Part shown: positions 30,251 to 40,159 of the stretch, piece by piece
Numbering within the stretch: position 1 is the first letter of the stretch
Layout: every line of letters begins with the position of its first letter
Assembly: GCA_965221695.1 (NCBI GenBank)
Contig: OZ244905.1
Span: 3,104,001 to 3,168,000, forward strand
Length of the DNA: 64,000 nucleotides
Reading direction: 5' to 3'
From: Gammaproteobacteria bacterium
GTDB lineage: Bacteria; Pseudomonadota; Gammaproteobacteria; Eutrophobiales; Eutrophobiaceae
Position numbers and translations under genes: made by a program
Notes under the pieces: generated by a model
What the model saw: the letters and a program-made list of their open reading frames with translations, nothing else
Database searches by the model: none
Told to the model about the DNA's origin: nothing

Positions 30251-31492
30251 ATGCAGGTATATCTGGTTGGCGGCGCGGTGCGCGACGAGTTGTTGGGGCT
30301 TGAGACAAGAGACCGCGATTGGGTTGTAGTCGGCGCAACGCCCGAACAGATGAGCGCCCTGGGATACCGGGCGGTCGGCAAAGAATTCCCCGTTTTCATT
30401 CACCCGGAGACCGGCGAAGAATACGCCCTTGCCCGTACCGAACGTAAAACCGGCCCGGGTTACAAGGGGTTCATCTTCGATACTTCAGATCAGGTCACCC
30501 TGGAGCAGGACCTGGCGCGCCGGGACATTACCATCAACGCGATCGCAAAAGACACAGACGGTAATCTGATCGACCCGTTCAACGGCTGCAAAGACCTGGC
30601 GAATAAGATTATCCGTCATGTCTCGGACGCATTTGTCGAAGATCCGCTGCGCACGCTGCGGGTCGCCAGGTTTGCCGCGCAATTCAATTTCTCCATCGCG
30701 GACGAGACACAATCCCTGTTAAAACAAATCAGCGCCACCAGTGAACTGCATACGCTTACGCCTGAGCGGGTCTGGGTCGAAACCGAAAAAGCGTTGCAGA
30801 CCCCGCGCCCGCGGCGTTATTTTGAGACGCTCAGGGAGTGCAACGCGCTGGCTGCATTGTTCCCTGAAATCGACCGGTTGTTTGGTGTTCCGCAACCGGC
30901 GCGCCATCATCCGGAAATCGACAGTGGCGCGCACACGCTGATGGCGCTGGACCAGGCATCCCGACTCAGCGCTGAGGTCGAAGTGCGCTTTGCCGCGCTG
31001 GTCCATGACCTCGGCAAGACCGCCACGCCGCGGGAACTGTTGCCCAGCCATCATGGCCATGAGCAGCGCGGCGTTGAACTGATCAACAAGCTGTGTGACC
31101 GATTGCGGATTCCGAACAAAAGCCGGGAGCTAGCCATCCTTGCCGCGCGTTACCACATGAACTGCCATCGCATCCGCGAGTTGAGCCCGGCCGTGGCGCT
31201 CAAAAAGTTGGAGGGGCTGGATGCCTTCCGCCGCCCGCAACGATTCGAGCAGTTCCTGCTTGTCTGTGAAGCCGACGCGCGCGGCCGCAAAGGCAAAGAG
31301 CCGCAAGACTACCCGCAGGCCGGGTTGTTCAGAAAATACCGCGACGCCTGTCTCACCGTGGATACCGGATATCCTGACCTGGATAAACTGTCAGGAAAGC
31401 AGATAGCAGAACGCATACGCGCGCAACGGATCCAAGCGATCAGGGAAGTGAAGGCGATGGAAAAATACGCCATAACATCGGATCAATATTAA
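30251..31492 (+). CDS. cca: Multifunctional CCA-adding enzyme
   Basis: VGGAVRD..DRD, RRDITINA, EDPLRTLRVARF, HDLGK HD domain. Confidence 0.97.
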   Translation: MQVYLVGGAVRDELLGLETRDRDWVVVGATPEQMSALGYRAVGKEFPVFIHPETGEEYALARTERKTGPGYKGFIFDTSDQVTLEQDLARRDITINAIAKDTDGNLIDPFNGCKDLANKIIRHVSDAFVEDPLRTLRVARFAAQFNFSIADETQSLLKQISATSELHTLTPERVWVETEKALQTPRPRRYFETLRECNALAALFPEIDRLFGVPQPARHHPEIDSGAHTLMALDQASRLSAEVEVRFAALVHDLGKTATPRELLPSHHGHEQRGVELINKLCDRLRIPNKSRELAILAARYHMNCHRIRELSPAVALKKLEGLDAFRRPQRFEQFLLVCEADARGRKGKEPQDYPQAGLFRKYRDACLTVDTGYPDLDKLSGKQIAERIRAQRIQAIREVKAMEKYAITSDQY

Positions 31493-31493
31493 G

Positions 31494-31522
31494 GGAAGCT
31501 CTGACTTAATCTCAGAGGTTCC
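31494..31522. repeat. 29-bp palindromic micro-element (IS5-like ends)
   Basis: GGAAGCTCTGACTTAATCTCAGAGGTTCC flanked by TAAG/TAAG; the left TAAG contains the cca stop. Confidence 0.85.
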
Positions 31523-31549
31523 TAAGGCCTAACGACGAGGGTTATTTTT

Positions 31550-31954
31550 ATGTCTACGGTAAAGCTGGTTGAATATGACGAAGCAAGCCCGGAGGTAAGA
31601 GCGGTTTATGATGATATACGCCAGGTTCGGCAGACTGATTTTATCAATAATTTCTGGAAGGCCCTGGCCAATCACCCGGCTTTGCTGGAACAGGTCTGGT
31701 CCCGCGGGAAGGAGGTAATGGCGTCGGGGAAACTCGACGCGCTGACCAAGGAACTGATCTATATCGCGGTCTCGGTGGCCAATGCCTGCGAATACTGTGT
31801 GCATTCCCATACCGCTGCGGCCTTCGACAAGGGGATGAGCGAGGCTCAGTACGGGGAACTGCTCGCGGTCATTGCCCTGGCTCAACAGAACAACGGGCTG
31901 GCAAGTGGCATGCAGGTCGCCGTTGATGAAACCTTCCTCAGGAGAACCGAATGA
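31550..31954 (+). CDS. Carboxymuconolactone decarboxylase / AhpD-like protein
   Basis: NNFWKALANHP, KELIYIAVS..NACEYCVHSH (CxxC..H motif). Confidence 0.88.
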   Translation: MSTVKLVEYDEASPEVRAVYDDIRQVRQTDFINNFWKALANHPALLEQVWSRGKEVMASGKLDALTKELIYIAVSVANACEYCVHSHTAAAFDKGMSEAQYGELLAVIALAQQNNGLASGMQVAVDETFLRRTE

Positions 31955-31963
31955 ATAAACTAA

Positions 31964-31990
31964 GGAACCTCTGACTTAATCAGAGGTTCC
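31964..31990. repeat. 27-bp palindromic micro-element (IS5-like ends)
   Basis: GGAACCTCTGA-CTTAA-TCAGAGGTTCC, perfect 11-bp stem, flanked by CTAA/CTAA. Confidence 0.88.
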
Positions 31991-32133
31991 CTAACGCCGC
32001 CACCGTACCACTCCCGCCCTCCGCTCAACGCCATACGGGGTCAGGCTGAAAAGCGGGAGTTCAGTGGAATACGATGTCGCCCGGAGCGGATTTGGACATC
32101 CGATGGATGCCCGCAAGGATAGGGCGCATCAAA

Positions 32134-32180
32134 AAATCCTCAGCGATCATCGCATCAATTGGTGAGATTTTCGGGTTAAG
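32134..32180. repeat. 47-bp repeat with IS1380-end-like terminus
   Basis: Matches 36738..36784 at 39/47 positions; abuts the hemH stop codon. Confidence 0.75.
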
Positions 32181-33189
32181 CGTGCGCCTTGATGATGTCG
32201 CATAGCGCGGCAATATGTCGGGGATGATCATTCAGGGCAGGAATGTAGGAAAACAGTTTCCCCCCGGCAGACAGGAAAAAATCCCTGTTCTGGATTTGAA
32301 TCTCTTCCAGTGTTTCCAGGCAGTCCGCGGCAAATCCTGGACAGATCACTTGTGTGTGGCTGACGCCACTCTTGCCCCATTTCTGCAGCAGCTTGTCAGT
32401 ATAAGGCTGCAGCCATTTGCGCGGTCCGAAACGGGATTGGAATGACACAGTCCACATATCCTCGGGCAAGTCCAGTCGCTGTGCCACCAGGCGCGCGCTG
32501 GTATGGCACTGTTCCGGGTAAGGGTCTCCTGCCAGCGCGTAGGCTTCGGGCAAACCATGAAATGAAAACAGAAGCTTGTCCGGCTTCCCGAACTCTGCCC
32601 AATGGCTGCGGATGCTGCCCGTCAGGGCCCCGATGTAACCGGGATCATCGTGGTAGCTGTTTATCATCCTGAGCCCAGGGATACGCCGCCATGTTTTCAG
32701 CGCCTCGGCTACCGCATCAAAGGTTGACCCCGTGGTCGCGGCCGAATACTGCGGATATAGGGGCAATGCCAGCAAAGTATCGATATTGCAGTTGCGCAGT
32801 TTCTCCAAAGCGGCGCGTATGGATGGGTTACCGTAGCGCATGCCCAGTTCTATCCGGTAGGGTTTCTCAGCGCTATCGCCCAGCGCCGACCGGATTGCCT
32901 CACGTTGCTTTTGCGATATAACCAGCAGTGGCGAACCTGCCTCGGTCCACACCTCGCGGTAGGCTCTGGCTGAACGGCGCGGTCGCAGCCTGAGGATGAT
33001 TCCGTGCAATATCGGCCACCACAATAGCCTGGGAGTTTCGATTACCCGCCGGTCCCACAGGAATTCCGCCAGGTATTTTCTTAACGCTGAAGGCGTTGGC
33101 GCATCGGGCGTGCCGAGATTGGTGATCAGAACCCCGATGCCTGCCGGCGTCTCGGATTTGAATTCCGGGTTGCCCAGATAGCCGGCCAT
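32176..33189 (-). CDS. hemH: Ferrochelatase
   Basis: NLGTPDAP, LYPQYS, FSFHGLP, FQSRFG, DCLETLEEI; probable start MAGYLG at 33189. Confidence 0.96.
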   Translation of the reverse strand: MAGYLGNPEFKSETPAGIGVLITNLGTPDAPTPSALRKYLAEFLWDRRVIETPRLLWWPILHGIILRLRPRRSARAYREVWTEAGSPLLVISQKQREAIRSALGDSAEKPYRIELGMRYGNPSIRAALEKLRNCNIDTLLALPLYPQYSAATTGSTFDAVAEALKTWRRIPGLRMINSYHDDPGYIGALTGSIRSHWAEFGKPDKLLFSFHGLPEAYALAGDPYPEQCHTSARLVAQRLDLPEDMWTVSFQSRFGPRKWLQPYTDKLLQKWGKSGVSHTQVICPGFAADCLETLEEIQIQNRDFFLSAGGKLFSYIPALNDHPRHIAALCDIIKAHA

Positions 33190-33236
33190 TTCTGGCTGTC
33201 TCCGGTTAACCGTATGCAGGCCAGGTTGGGCAGTTG

Positions 33237-33578
33237 TCAATGAGCAGTGGTTTCGGCAGACCCCGGGCCGGTCTGTTCGAGGATGGTTTTCAGTTCGCCG
33301 GTCTGGTGCATTTCCAGCACGATATCACAACCGCCGATCAACTCGCCGTTGACGAATACCTGTGGGAATGTCGGCCAGTTGGAGACGCTGGGCAGGTTTT
33401 GGCGCACCTCCGGCGCGGCCAGCACGTCGACATAGACAAACTCCACGTCGCAGGACTTCAGCGCCTGCGCGGTGCGCATGGAGAAACCGCACTGGGGAAA
33501 ATCGGGCGTTCCTTTCATGAACAGTATGACCGGGTTTTCTGAAATAATGTTTTTCAATTCTTGAATAATTTCGCTCAT
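33237..33578 (-). CDS. grxD: Monothiol glutaredoxin Grx4
   Basis: FMKGTP.FPQCGFS, WPTFPQ, GGCDI. Confidence 0.96.
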   Translation of the reverse strand: MSEIIQELKNIISENPVILFMKGTPDFPQCGFSMRTAQALKSCDVEFVYVDVLAAPEVRQNLPSVSNWPTFPQVFVNGELIGGCDIVLEMHQTGELKTILEQTGPGSAETTAH

Positions 33579-33617
33579 TGCATCGTCTCGTTGAAATAAT
33601 ACGTTTTATCAATGTCC

Positions 33618-33643
33618 ACTGGATTCCCACTGTTGCGGGAATG
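33618..33643. repeat. ATTCCC-N8-GGGAAT palindromic repeat unit
   Basis: ACTGGATTCCCACTGTTGCGGGAATG; first 22 bp identical to 40094..40115. Confidence 0.7.
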
Positions 33644-33870
33644 GCGCAGGATACAGGTTAGCAGGCAAAACTTACACAAAATCAAAGTATGCGTTTGCCC
33701 TGTCATATCAATTTTAATGCCTGTTATTATACATCACTTCGATGGATTTTCATTGTATACTTGCCCGGCATCGGAGCAATAGTATAATTGGAACCGGTTA
33801 GCAGTTTTTTTGGGAACCTCCCGGGCGGAGCTTCCCATCTTACATATAATCTTACGTTGGAGGACTGATA

Positions 33871-34476
33871 ATGAATCCGCTTAAAACCATAAAAGGCACC
33901 TTGATTTCAGGTTTTGTCGCTGCTGTGGTGATAGCCATTCTGATTAACCTGTCTGTGACTGATGCCGCCGCGGGCGCAATCAACAGTTGGTCGCTGATGG
34001 TCTGGCTGCATGTCTTCTTCGGGGTGATCTGGATTGGCCTGTTGTATTATTTCAATTTTGTGCAGACCCCCGCCATGGCGACGGCCGGCGCGGACAAAGA
34101 CGGCCCGGGGCCGGCCGCGATCGGAAAATACGTCGCCCCCCTGGCGCTGTTGTGGTTCCGTTGGGCAGCGCTGCTGACCTGGTTGACCGGCGCCGCCACG
34201 CTGGAAATCATGGGGATAGGTATTACCCATGCTTTCATGCTGGGCAGCGGCGCTGCCATTATCGGTACCGGCGCCTGGCTGGGCACTATCATGCTGTTCA
34301 ACGTCTGGGTATTGATATGGCCCAATCAAAAGAAAATTCTGGGAATCGTCGCCGCTTCGGATGAAGAAAAAGCAAAGGCCAGGGTAGTTGCAGCCACGGC
34401 CTCGCGCGTCAATACCCTGCTGTCCATTCCCATGCTTATGTGTATGGTCGGGCAGGGCCATGGATTGCCTTTCTGA
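33871..34476 (+). CDS. Membrane protein with PuuD/urate-oxidase N-terminal domain, no cytochrome c domain
   Basis: WLHV..G.IWIGLLYYFN, LWFRWAALLTWLTG, GTIMLFNVW..IWPNQKK, SRVNT.LSIPM. Confidence 0.75.
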   Translation: MNPLKTIKGTLISGFVAAVVIAILINLSVTDAAAGAINSWSLMVWLHVFFGVIWIGLLYYFNFVQTPAMATAGADKDGPGPAAIGKYVAPLALLWFRWAALLTWLTGAATLEIMGIGITHAFMLGSGAAIIGTGAWLGTIMLFNVWVLIWPNQKKILGIVAASDEEKAKARVVAATASRVNTLLSIPMLMCMVGQGHGLPF

Positions 34477-34536
34477 GCAGCACGAACGAGTAAACCAAAG
34501 ACCTGGATTGCCGGTGTGAACGATTTGTTCTCCGGC

Positions 34537-34580
34537 AAAGGGGACGTGGCGATCAATCGTATCACCCCGTCCCCTTTTTA
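34537..34580. terminator. Probable intrinsic terminator
   Basis: AAAGGGGACG...CGTCCCCTTTTT stem with T-tract. Confidence 0.6.
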
Positions 34581-34599
34581 CTTTAGATGAAGAACAGCT

Positions 34600-35775
34600 A
34601 TGCCGGAAGCGATCATGCCCACCTATAAGCGTCTGGACATAGCGTTTGAGTCCGGAGAGGGCGCCTGGTTGATTGACAGCCGGGGGAACCGTTATCTCGA
34701 CGCCCTGAGCGGTATCGCTGTCTGTGGTCTGGGTCATGCTCATCCGGAAATCGCCGATGTGCTGGCGCGCCAGGCGCGCCGGCTGCTGCATACGTCCAAC
34801 CTGTACCGTATTCCACTGCAGGAAGAACTGGCTGAAAAGCTGACAGGGATTTCCGGGATGGAAAAGGTATTTTTCTGTAATTCCGGCGCTGAAGCTAACG
34901 AGGCGGCGATCAAAATTTGCCGGAAATTCGCCCGTCATAAACAGGTTGAAGAGCCGCTTATCATCGTTATGGAGGACAGTTTTCACGGCAGAACCATGGC
35001 GACCCTGAGCGCTACCGGGAAGCCTGAGGCGCGCGCCGGTTTTGACCCCCTGCTGCCCGGTTTCCACTATTTGCCTTTTAATGATGTGCCCGCCTTGCGC
35101 GGTCTCGATGAGCGGCGTGAACGGGTTGTGGCCGTTATGCTGGAAGCTGTGCAGGGAGAGGGAGGGGTCGTGGTTCCTGACCCCGGCTACCTGAAGGCAT
35201 TGCGTGAGCTGTGCGACCGTAATGGCTGGCTATTGGTCCTTGATGAAGTGCAGACCGGCATGTGCCGCACCGGCGCATGGTTTGCCTACCAGCATGAACA
35301 CATCCTGCCCGATGTCGTGACTCTGGCCAAATCCCTAGGCAACGGCCTGCCCATCGGCGCTTGTCTGGCGGCCGGCCCAGCGTCCGAAATGCTGCAGCCT
35401 GGCAGTCACGGATCGACTTTCGGGGGGAATCCGCTGGCCTCGGCTGCCGCGTTGGCCGTCATTGATATCCTGAGCAAGCAGGATCTGGCGAGACGAGCGG
35501 GCTCGGTAGGCGCGGCCATGCTGCAAGCATTGCGCGCGCAACTGGCGGATCACGATGGGGTGATTTCAATACGCGGCAAGGGATTGATGATCGGCATAGA
35601 GCTATCTGTTGATTGCGCGGCGCTGGTTGAACGGGCGCTGCACAAGCGCCTGCTGATCAATGTCACTGCAGGCAGGGTGACGCGTCTGCTGCCGCCGCTG
35701 ATCATATCTGAGCAAGAAATGCGTCATATCGTCGATACGGTCTGTCTCCTGATCAGGGATTTTTTAGGCGGTTGA
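34600..35775 (+). CDS. argD: Acetylornithine aminotransferase
   Basis: NSGAEANE, FHGRT, DEVQTG, LAKSLGNG, HGSTFGGNPLA; next to argF. Confidence 0.93.
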   Translation: MPEAIMPTYKRLDIAFESGEGAWLIDSRGNRYLDALSGIAVCGLGHAHPEIADVLARQARRLLHTSNLYRIPLQEELAEKLTGISGMEKVFFCNSGAEANEAAIKICRKFARHKQVEEPLIIVMEDSFHGRTMATLSATGKPEARAGFDPLLPGFHYLPFNDVPALRGLDERRERVVAVMLEAVQGEGGVVVPDPGYLKALRELCDRNGWLLVLDEVQTGMCRTGAWFAYQHEHILPDVVTLAKSLGNGLPIGACLAAGPASEMLQPGSHGSTFGGNPLASAAALAVIDILSKQDLARRAGSVGAAMLQALRAQLADHDGVISIRGKGLMIGIELSVDCAALVERALHKRLLINVTAGRVTRLLPPLIISEQEMRHIVDTVCLLIRDFLGG

Positions 35776-35776
35776 G

Positions 35777-36700
35777 ATGACGCGCCATTTCCTGACTCTT
35801 GCAGACCTCAGCGCTACTGAGATTGAGGCGCTGATAGAGCGAGCTATGCGGCTGAAACAGGCGTACAAACGCCGTGAATTGCAGCCGACCTGCGCCGGCA
35901 GGGTACTGGCGATGATATTTGAAAAATCCTCCACCCGCACCCGGGTTTCGTTTGAAACCGCCATGGCGCACCTTGGAGGACATGCTGTCTTTCTATCTCC
36001 GCAGGATAGCCAGTTGGGCCGCGGCGAGCTTATCGAGGACACTGCCAGGGTGTTGTCGAAGATGGTGGACGGCGTCATGATCCGAACCTTTGAACATGCC
36101 CGGATCAGCCGTTTTGCTGAGAATTCTTCGGTTCCGGTGATCAACGGCCTATCGGACAGTTATCATCCCTGCCAGTTACTGGCGGACTTGCAGACCTATT
36201 ATGAACTGAGAGGCGCAATCAGGGGAAAAAAAGTCGCCTGGTTCGGTGATGGAAACAATATGTGCAATTCCTGGATTAACGCGGCGAGGATTATGGATTT
36301 TCACCTCCACATAGCGGGGCCGGCGCAATACCATCCGACTCCGGAAATGGTCAGGCAGGGGGGCGCAAACGTGACCCTCGTTCTGAACCCGGAACAGGCC
36401 GCCGAGCAGTCGGATCTGGTTGTCACCGATACCTGGACAAGCATGGGCCAGGAAACCGGAAAAGAGAAAAAGCGGGTCTTGTTCGAGCCGTTCCAGGTGA
36501 ACCAAGCCATTATGGCGCTGGCTGCCGAGGATGCCCTGTTCATGCATTGCCTGCCAGCGTATCGCGGCGCTGAGGTGAGCGCAGAGGTCATTGACGGTCC
36601 CCGGAGCGTGGTTTGGGAAGAGGCAGGCAATCGTCTGCATGCCCAGAAGGCCCTGTTGGAGTTTTTGCTGGGCGGCGGACTGGAACACGGCGGAGGGTGA
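35777..36700 (+). CDS. argF: Ornithine carbamoyltransferase
   Basis: SSTRTRVSFE, HPCQ, SMG, FMHCLPA. Confidence 0.96.
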   Translation: MTRHFLTLADLSATEIEALIERAMRLKQAYKRRELQPTCAGRVLAMIFEKSSTRTRVSFETAMAHLGGHAVFLSPQDSQLGRGELIEDTARVLSKMVDGVMIRTFEHARISRFAENSSVPVINGLSDSYHPCQLLADLQTYYELRGAIRGKKVAWFGDGNNMCNSWINAARIMDFHLHIAGPAQYHPTPEMVRQGGANVTLVLNPEQAAEQSDLVVTDTWTSMGQETGKEKKRVLFEPFQVNQAIMALAAEDALFMHCLPAYRGAEVSAEVIDGPRSVVWEEAGNRLHAQKALLEFLLGGGLEHGGG

Positions 36701-36737
36701 TGGGCAGATATTGCGGCTTTCTCCGGCCTGACGAAGC

Positions 36738-36784
36738 AAATCAGCAGCGCTCATCGCATCAAATTGTGAGAAATCCGGGTTAAG
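36738..36784. repeat. 47-bp repeat with IS1380-end-like terminus
   Basis: ...CATCGCATCAAATTGTGAGAAATCCGGG-TTAAG just upstream of surE. Confidence 0.75.
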
Positions 36785-36792
36785 GTTGCAGC

Positions 36793-37554
36793 ATGCATTT
36801 CCTTTTGAGTAATGATGACGGCTATCAGGCCATCGGTCTGGAAATCCTGATGCGGGCCATGCAATCGTTCGGCGCTATTACCGTGGTGGCGCCAGACCGG
36901 AATCGAAGCGGCGCGAGCAACTCATTAACACTCGATGCGCCGTTGTATACACAGCAGGTCTCGGACAGGTTTTTCTATGTCAACGGCACCCCAACCGATT
37001 GTGTGCACCTGGCCATTACAGGTATGCTCAATGACATGCCGGACATGGTGGTCAGCGGCGTTAACCATGGCTCCAACCTGGGTGACGACGTGATCTATTC
37101 GGGCACCGTTGCGGCAGCCATGGAAGGGCGTTTTCTGGGGCGGCCTGCCATTGCCCTGTCGCTGGCGGGGGAAAATCCGACCCATTACGAGACCGCAGAG
37201 AAAGTCGTCAAAAATCTGATCCGCAAGTTGCTGGCAGACCCTATCGATAATGATATGTTATTGAATATCAACATACCGGATGTGCCGTTCGAGCAACTTG
37301 ATGGTTTTGAAGTCACGCGCCTGGGCCAGCGTCATAAATCCGAACCGGCGATTCAGATGAAAGATCCGAAAAACCGCACCGTCTATTGGGTAGGCCCCGC
37401 AGGCGCCGGTGAGGATGCTGGTCCGGGCACGGATTTTCATGCGATTTCCGTCAACAGGATTTCCATCACTCCGCTACAAGTGGACCTGACCCGCTATGCG
37501 GCATTGACTCAGGTCAGTGACTGGCTGGCTGATCTGGAATTAAAAGAGATGTAA
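36793..37554 (+). CDS. surE: 5'/3'-nucleotidase SurE
   Basis: LSNDDG, GTPTDCV, SGVNHGSNLG, YSGTVAAA. Confidence 0.96.
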   Translation: MHFLLSNDDGYQAIGLEILMRAMQSFGAITVVAPDRNRSGASNSLTLDAPLYTQQVSDRFFYVNGTPTDCVHLAITGMLNDMPDMVVSGVNHGSNLGDDVIYSGTVAAAMEGRFLGRPAIALSLAGENPTHYETAEKVVKNLIRKLLADPIDNDMLLNINIPDVPFEQLDGFEVTRLGQRHKSEPAIQMKDPKNRTVYWVGPAGAGEDAGPGTDFHAISVNRISITPLQVDLTRYAALTQVSDWLADLELKEM

Positions 37555-37571
37555 ACTATCCTGACAATATT

Positions 37572-38234
37572 ATGCGGGCTGATAATTTTCAAGGCATAGG
37601 AATGACGTCCCAGCGTTCTCGGGACCGGCTGGTGAAACAGTTGTCTGATATGGGAATCAAGTCTGAGTTGGTCCTGGAGGCTATTCGGAGCGCTCCCAGG
37701 CATATTTTTGTGGACGAGGCGCTGGCCAGTCGGGCCTATGACAATACCGCCCTGCCTATCGGCCATAATCAGACAATTTCGCAACCTTATATTGTCGCGC
37801 GCATGACTGAGGCGATATTGGAATCGGGAACTCCCGACAAGGTCCTGGAAATTGGCTCTGGTTGCGGCTATCAGACCGTGATCCTGGCCCAACTGGCGCG
37901 CCGAGTTTACACCATAGAACGCATTAAAGCATTGCTGGCAAGCGCCAGAGAGCGTTTCCGTACCCTGAATTACCGCAATATCCTGGCAAAACATGGCGAC
38001 GGTAATCAGGGCTGGCCGGAACACGCGCCATTCCAAGGGATACTGGTGGCGGCCGCTCCCGGGAAAATTCCCGACGCATTGCCGGAGCAACTGGCCGTCG
38101 GAGGAAGGATGATCATCCCGATTGGCTACACCGGGGAGCAGAAACTGTTGTCCGTCGCCCGCACCAGGACCGGTTTTGTGGAAAAATATCTGGACCCGGT
38201 CAGTTTTGTGCCTATGCTCAGGGGAACAGGGTAA
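37572..38234 (+). CDS. pcm: Protein-L-isoaspartate O-methyltransferase
   Basis: QTISQPYIVARM, VLEIGSGCGYQ, FVPM. Confidence 0.96.
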   Translation: MRADNFQGIGMTSQRSRDRLVKQLSDMGIKSELVLEAIRSAPRHIFVDEALASRAYDNTALPIGHNQTISQPYIVARMTEAILESGTPDKVLEIGSGCGYQTVILAQLARRVYTIERIKALLASARERFRTLNYRNILAKHGDGNQGWPEHAPFQGILVAAAPGKIPDALPEQLAVGGRMIIPIGYTGEQKLLSVARTRTGFVEKYLDPVSFVPMLRGTG

Positions 38235-38243
38235 GGCCTGGCG

Positions 38244-39029
38244 ATGAAAAAAATTGCCGGAATGAGTCTGTTGCTGTTCCTTTTGGGCAGCATCTCCGGC
38301 TGTGCAACGGTGGAAGCTCCCGTCACTGCGCGCCCGGGGCCGGATCGGCAAGCGGCGCGCGTCGTGTCAGCGGACGCCAAGCGTCAGGAGAGCAAGCGCA
38401 CCCAACATACTGTCGCCAAGGGCGATACCTTGTATTCCATTGCCTGGCGCTACGGCTATGACTACAGAGTCCTGGCTGCCTGGAACCGGATCAAAGAGCC
38501 GTTCACAATTTATCCCGGACAGGTCATCATGTTCAAACCGGCATCGCGTTCCCGTGCGGCGCCGGCGGAGTCAAAAAAACAGTCCCGACAGCCTGACAGA
38601 TCCAGCGTCAGCGCGCCCGGATCGAACGCGCCGGACAAGATCGCCACGCCCCCCCGCGCTATGCCGTTGCGCTGGCAATGGCCGGCCCGTGGCAAGCTCT
38701 TGAAGACGTCCACGCCTACGGCAAAAAAAGGTATAAGTATTGCCGGTCGGGCTGGCCAGAAAGTCGTTGCCGCGGCTACCGGCACAGTCGTCTACAGCGG
38801 TAGTGGTTTACGCGGTTATGGCAATCTTATTATTATCAAGCATAGCGCTGCCTATCTGAGCGCCTATGCGCACAATCGCGACCTGATAGTAAAAGAGGGA
38901 GAGACGGTAGCGGCGGGGCAACAGATATCGACAATGGGTGTTGACAGTAAAGGCGCGCCTGTGTTGCACTTTGAAATCCGTAAAAACGGCAAACCGATTG
39001 ACCCGTTGGGACAGCTTCCGAGCGCCTGA
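38244..39029 (+). CDS. nlpD: LysM / M23 lipoprotein NlpD
   Basis: ISGC lipobox, GDTLYSIAW LysM, YGNLIIIKH, LHFEIR; lies between pcm and rpoS. Confidence 0.93.
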   Translation: MKKIAGMSLLLFLLGSISGCATVEAPVTARPGPDRQAARVVSADAKRQESKRTQHTVAKGDTLYSIAWRYGYDYRVLAAWNRIKEPFTIYPGQVIMFKPASRSRAAPAESKKQSRQPDRSSVSAPGSNAPDKIATPPRAMPLRWQWPARGKLLKTSTPTAKKGISIAGRAGQKVVAAATGTVVYSGSGLRGYGNLIIIKHSAAYLSAYAHNRDLIVKEGETVAAGQQISTMGVDSKGAPVLHFEIRKNGKPIDPLGQLPSA

Positions 39030-39067
39030 CAAGCCAGGTTATAACAGCATAAACACAGAAGCTATTC

Positions 39068-40015
39068 ATGCCAGAAGACGATGATATCCAATCCTTGAAT
39101 CTGGAAGACCCTGGTTCAGCAAGATCAGGATCTGATATTGCCAGGAAGCCGGTGAAAGTCCCCCGGCAAAACAGTTTTAGCGAAACGGAACTTGACGCTA
39201 CTCGGTTGTATTTGAGCGAGATTGGCTTTACCCCGTTGCTGACTGCTGAGCAGGAAACCGATTTTGCCCAGCGCGCGCGTCGCGGCGACACCGAGGCGCG
39301 CAAACGCATGATTGAAAGCAATTTGCGCCTGGTGGTAAAGATAGCGCGGCGTTATATGAACCAGGGGCTGGCGTTGCTGGACCTGATCGAAGAGGGCAAC
39401 CTCGGTTTGATTCGGGCAGTGGAAAAGTTCGACCCGGACAAGGGCTTTCGTTTTTCAACCTATGCCACCTGGTGGATCAGGCAGACCATTGAACGGGCGT
39501 TGATGAATCAGGCCAGGACAGTCAGGCTGCCAATCCATGTCATCAAGGAGATCAAAATTTATATGAGAGCGGCAAGAAAACTGGCGCAGACCCTCGACCG
39601 CGAACCTAGCAGCGAGGATGTGGCGGCTATGTTGGATCGCCCGTTGGAAAGTGTAAAACGTATGTTCGGACTTAGCGAACGGACCACATCGGTGGATGCC
39701 CCGATAAACAGGGAAACGGAACGACCGTTGCTGGATACCATTCCGGATGAGCAGAACATTGATCCATCATTGCTGCTGCAGAACGACGACGTCAGGGAGC
39801 ACATCGATTTATGGTTGCAGGAACTGTCGGAAAAACAACGCGCCGTGGTGGAATTGCGCTTCGGCCTGCATGACAGAGAGGCCGCCACCCTGGAAGACGT
39901 CGGCGCGCAACTGGGCGTGACGCGGGAGCGGGTCAGGCAGATACAGATTGATGCGCTGAAACGGCTGCGGCGCATCCTCATGCGGGAAGGCCTGTCTTTG
40001 GACGCCCTGTCCTGA
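39068..40015 (+). CDS. rpoS: RNA polymerase sigma factor RpoS
   Basis: [36 protein letters not shown]. Confidence 0.96.
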   Translation: MPEDDDIQSLNLEDPGSARSGSDIARKPVKVPRQNSFSETELDATRLYLSEIGFTPLLTAEQETDFAQRARRGDTEARKRMIESNLRLVVKIARRYMNQGLALLDLIEEGNLGLIRAVEKFDPDKGFRFSTYATWWIRQTIERALMNQARTVRLPIHVIKEIKIYMRAARKLAQTLDREPSSEDVAAMLDRPLESVKRMFGLSERTTSVDAPINRETERPLLDTIPDEQNIDPSLLLQNDDVREHIDLWLQELSEKQRAVVELRFGLHDREAATLEDVGAQLGVTRERVRQIQIDALKRLRRILMREGLSLDALS

Positions 40016-40037
40016 CCAGGCTGGCGCCAGACAACCC

Positions 40038-40119
40038 CATTCCCGAGGAAACTGGAATCCAGTGAGCAACTTTTCCTTATAGAGGTCTTGTCTACTGGAT
40101 TCCCACTGTTGCGGGGATG
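40038..40119. repeat. Inverted pair of ATTCCC-N8-GGGAAT-type units between convergent genes
   Basis: CATTCCCGAGGAAACTGGAATCCAGT ... ACTGGATTCCCACTGTTGCGGGGATG. Confidence 0.65.
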
Positions 40120-40159
40120 TAGGCGTTGGCGGATAATATCAGCTTCAATAGCTGCTGTT

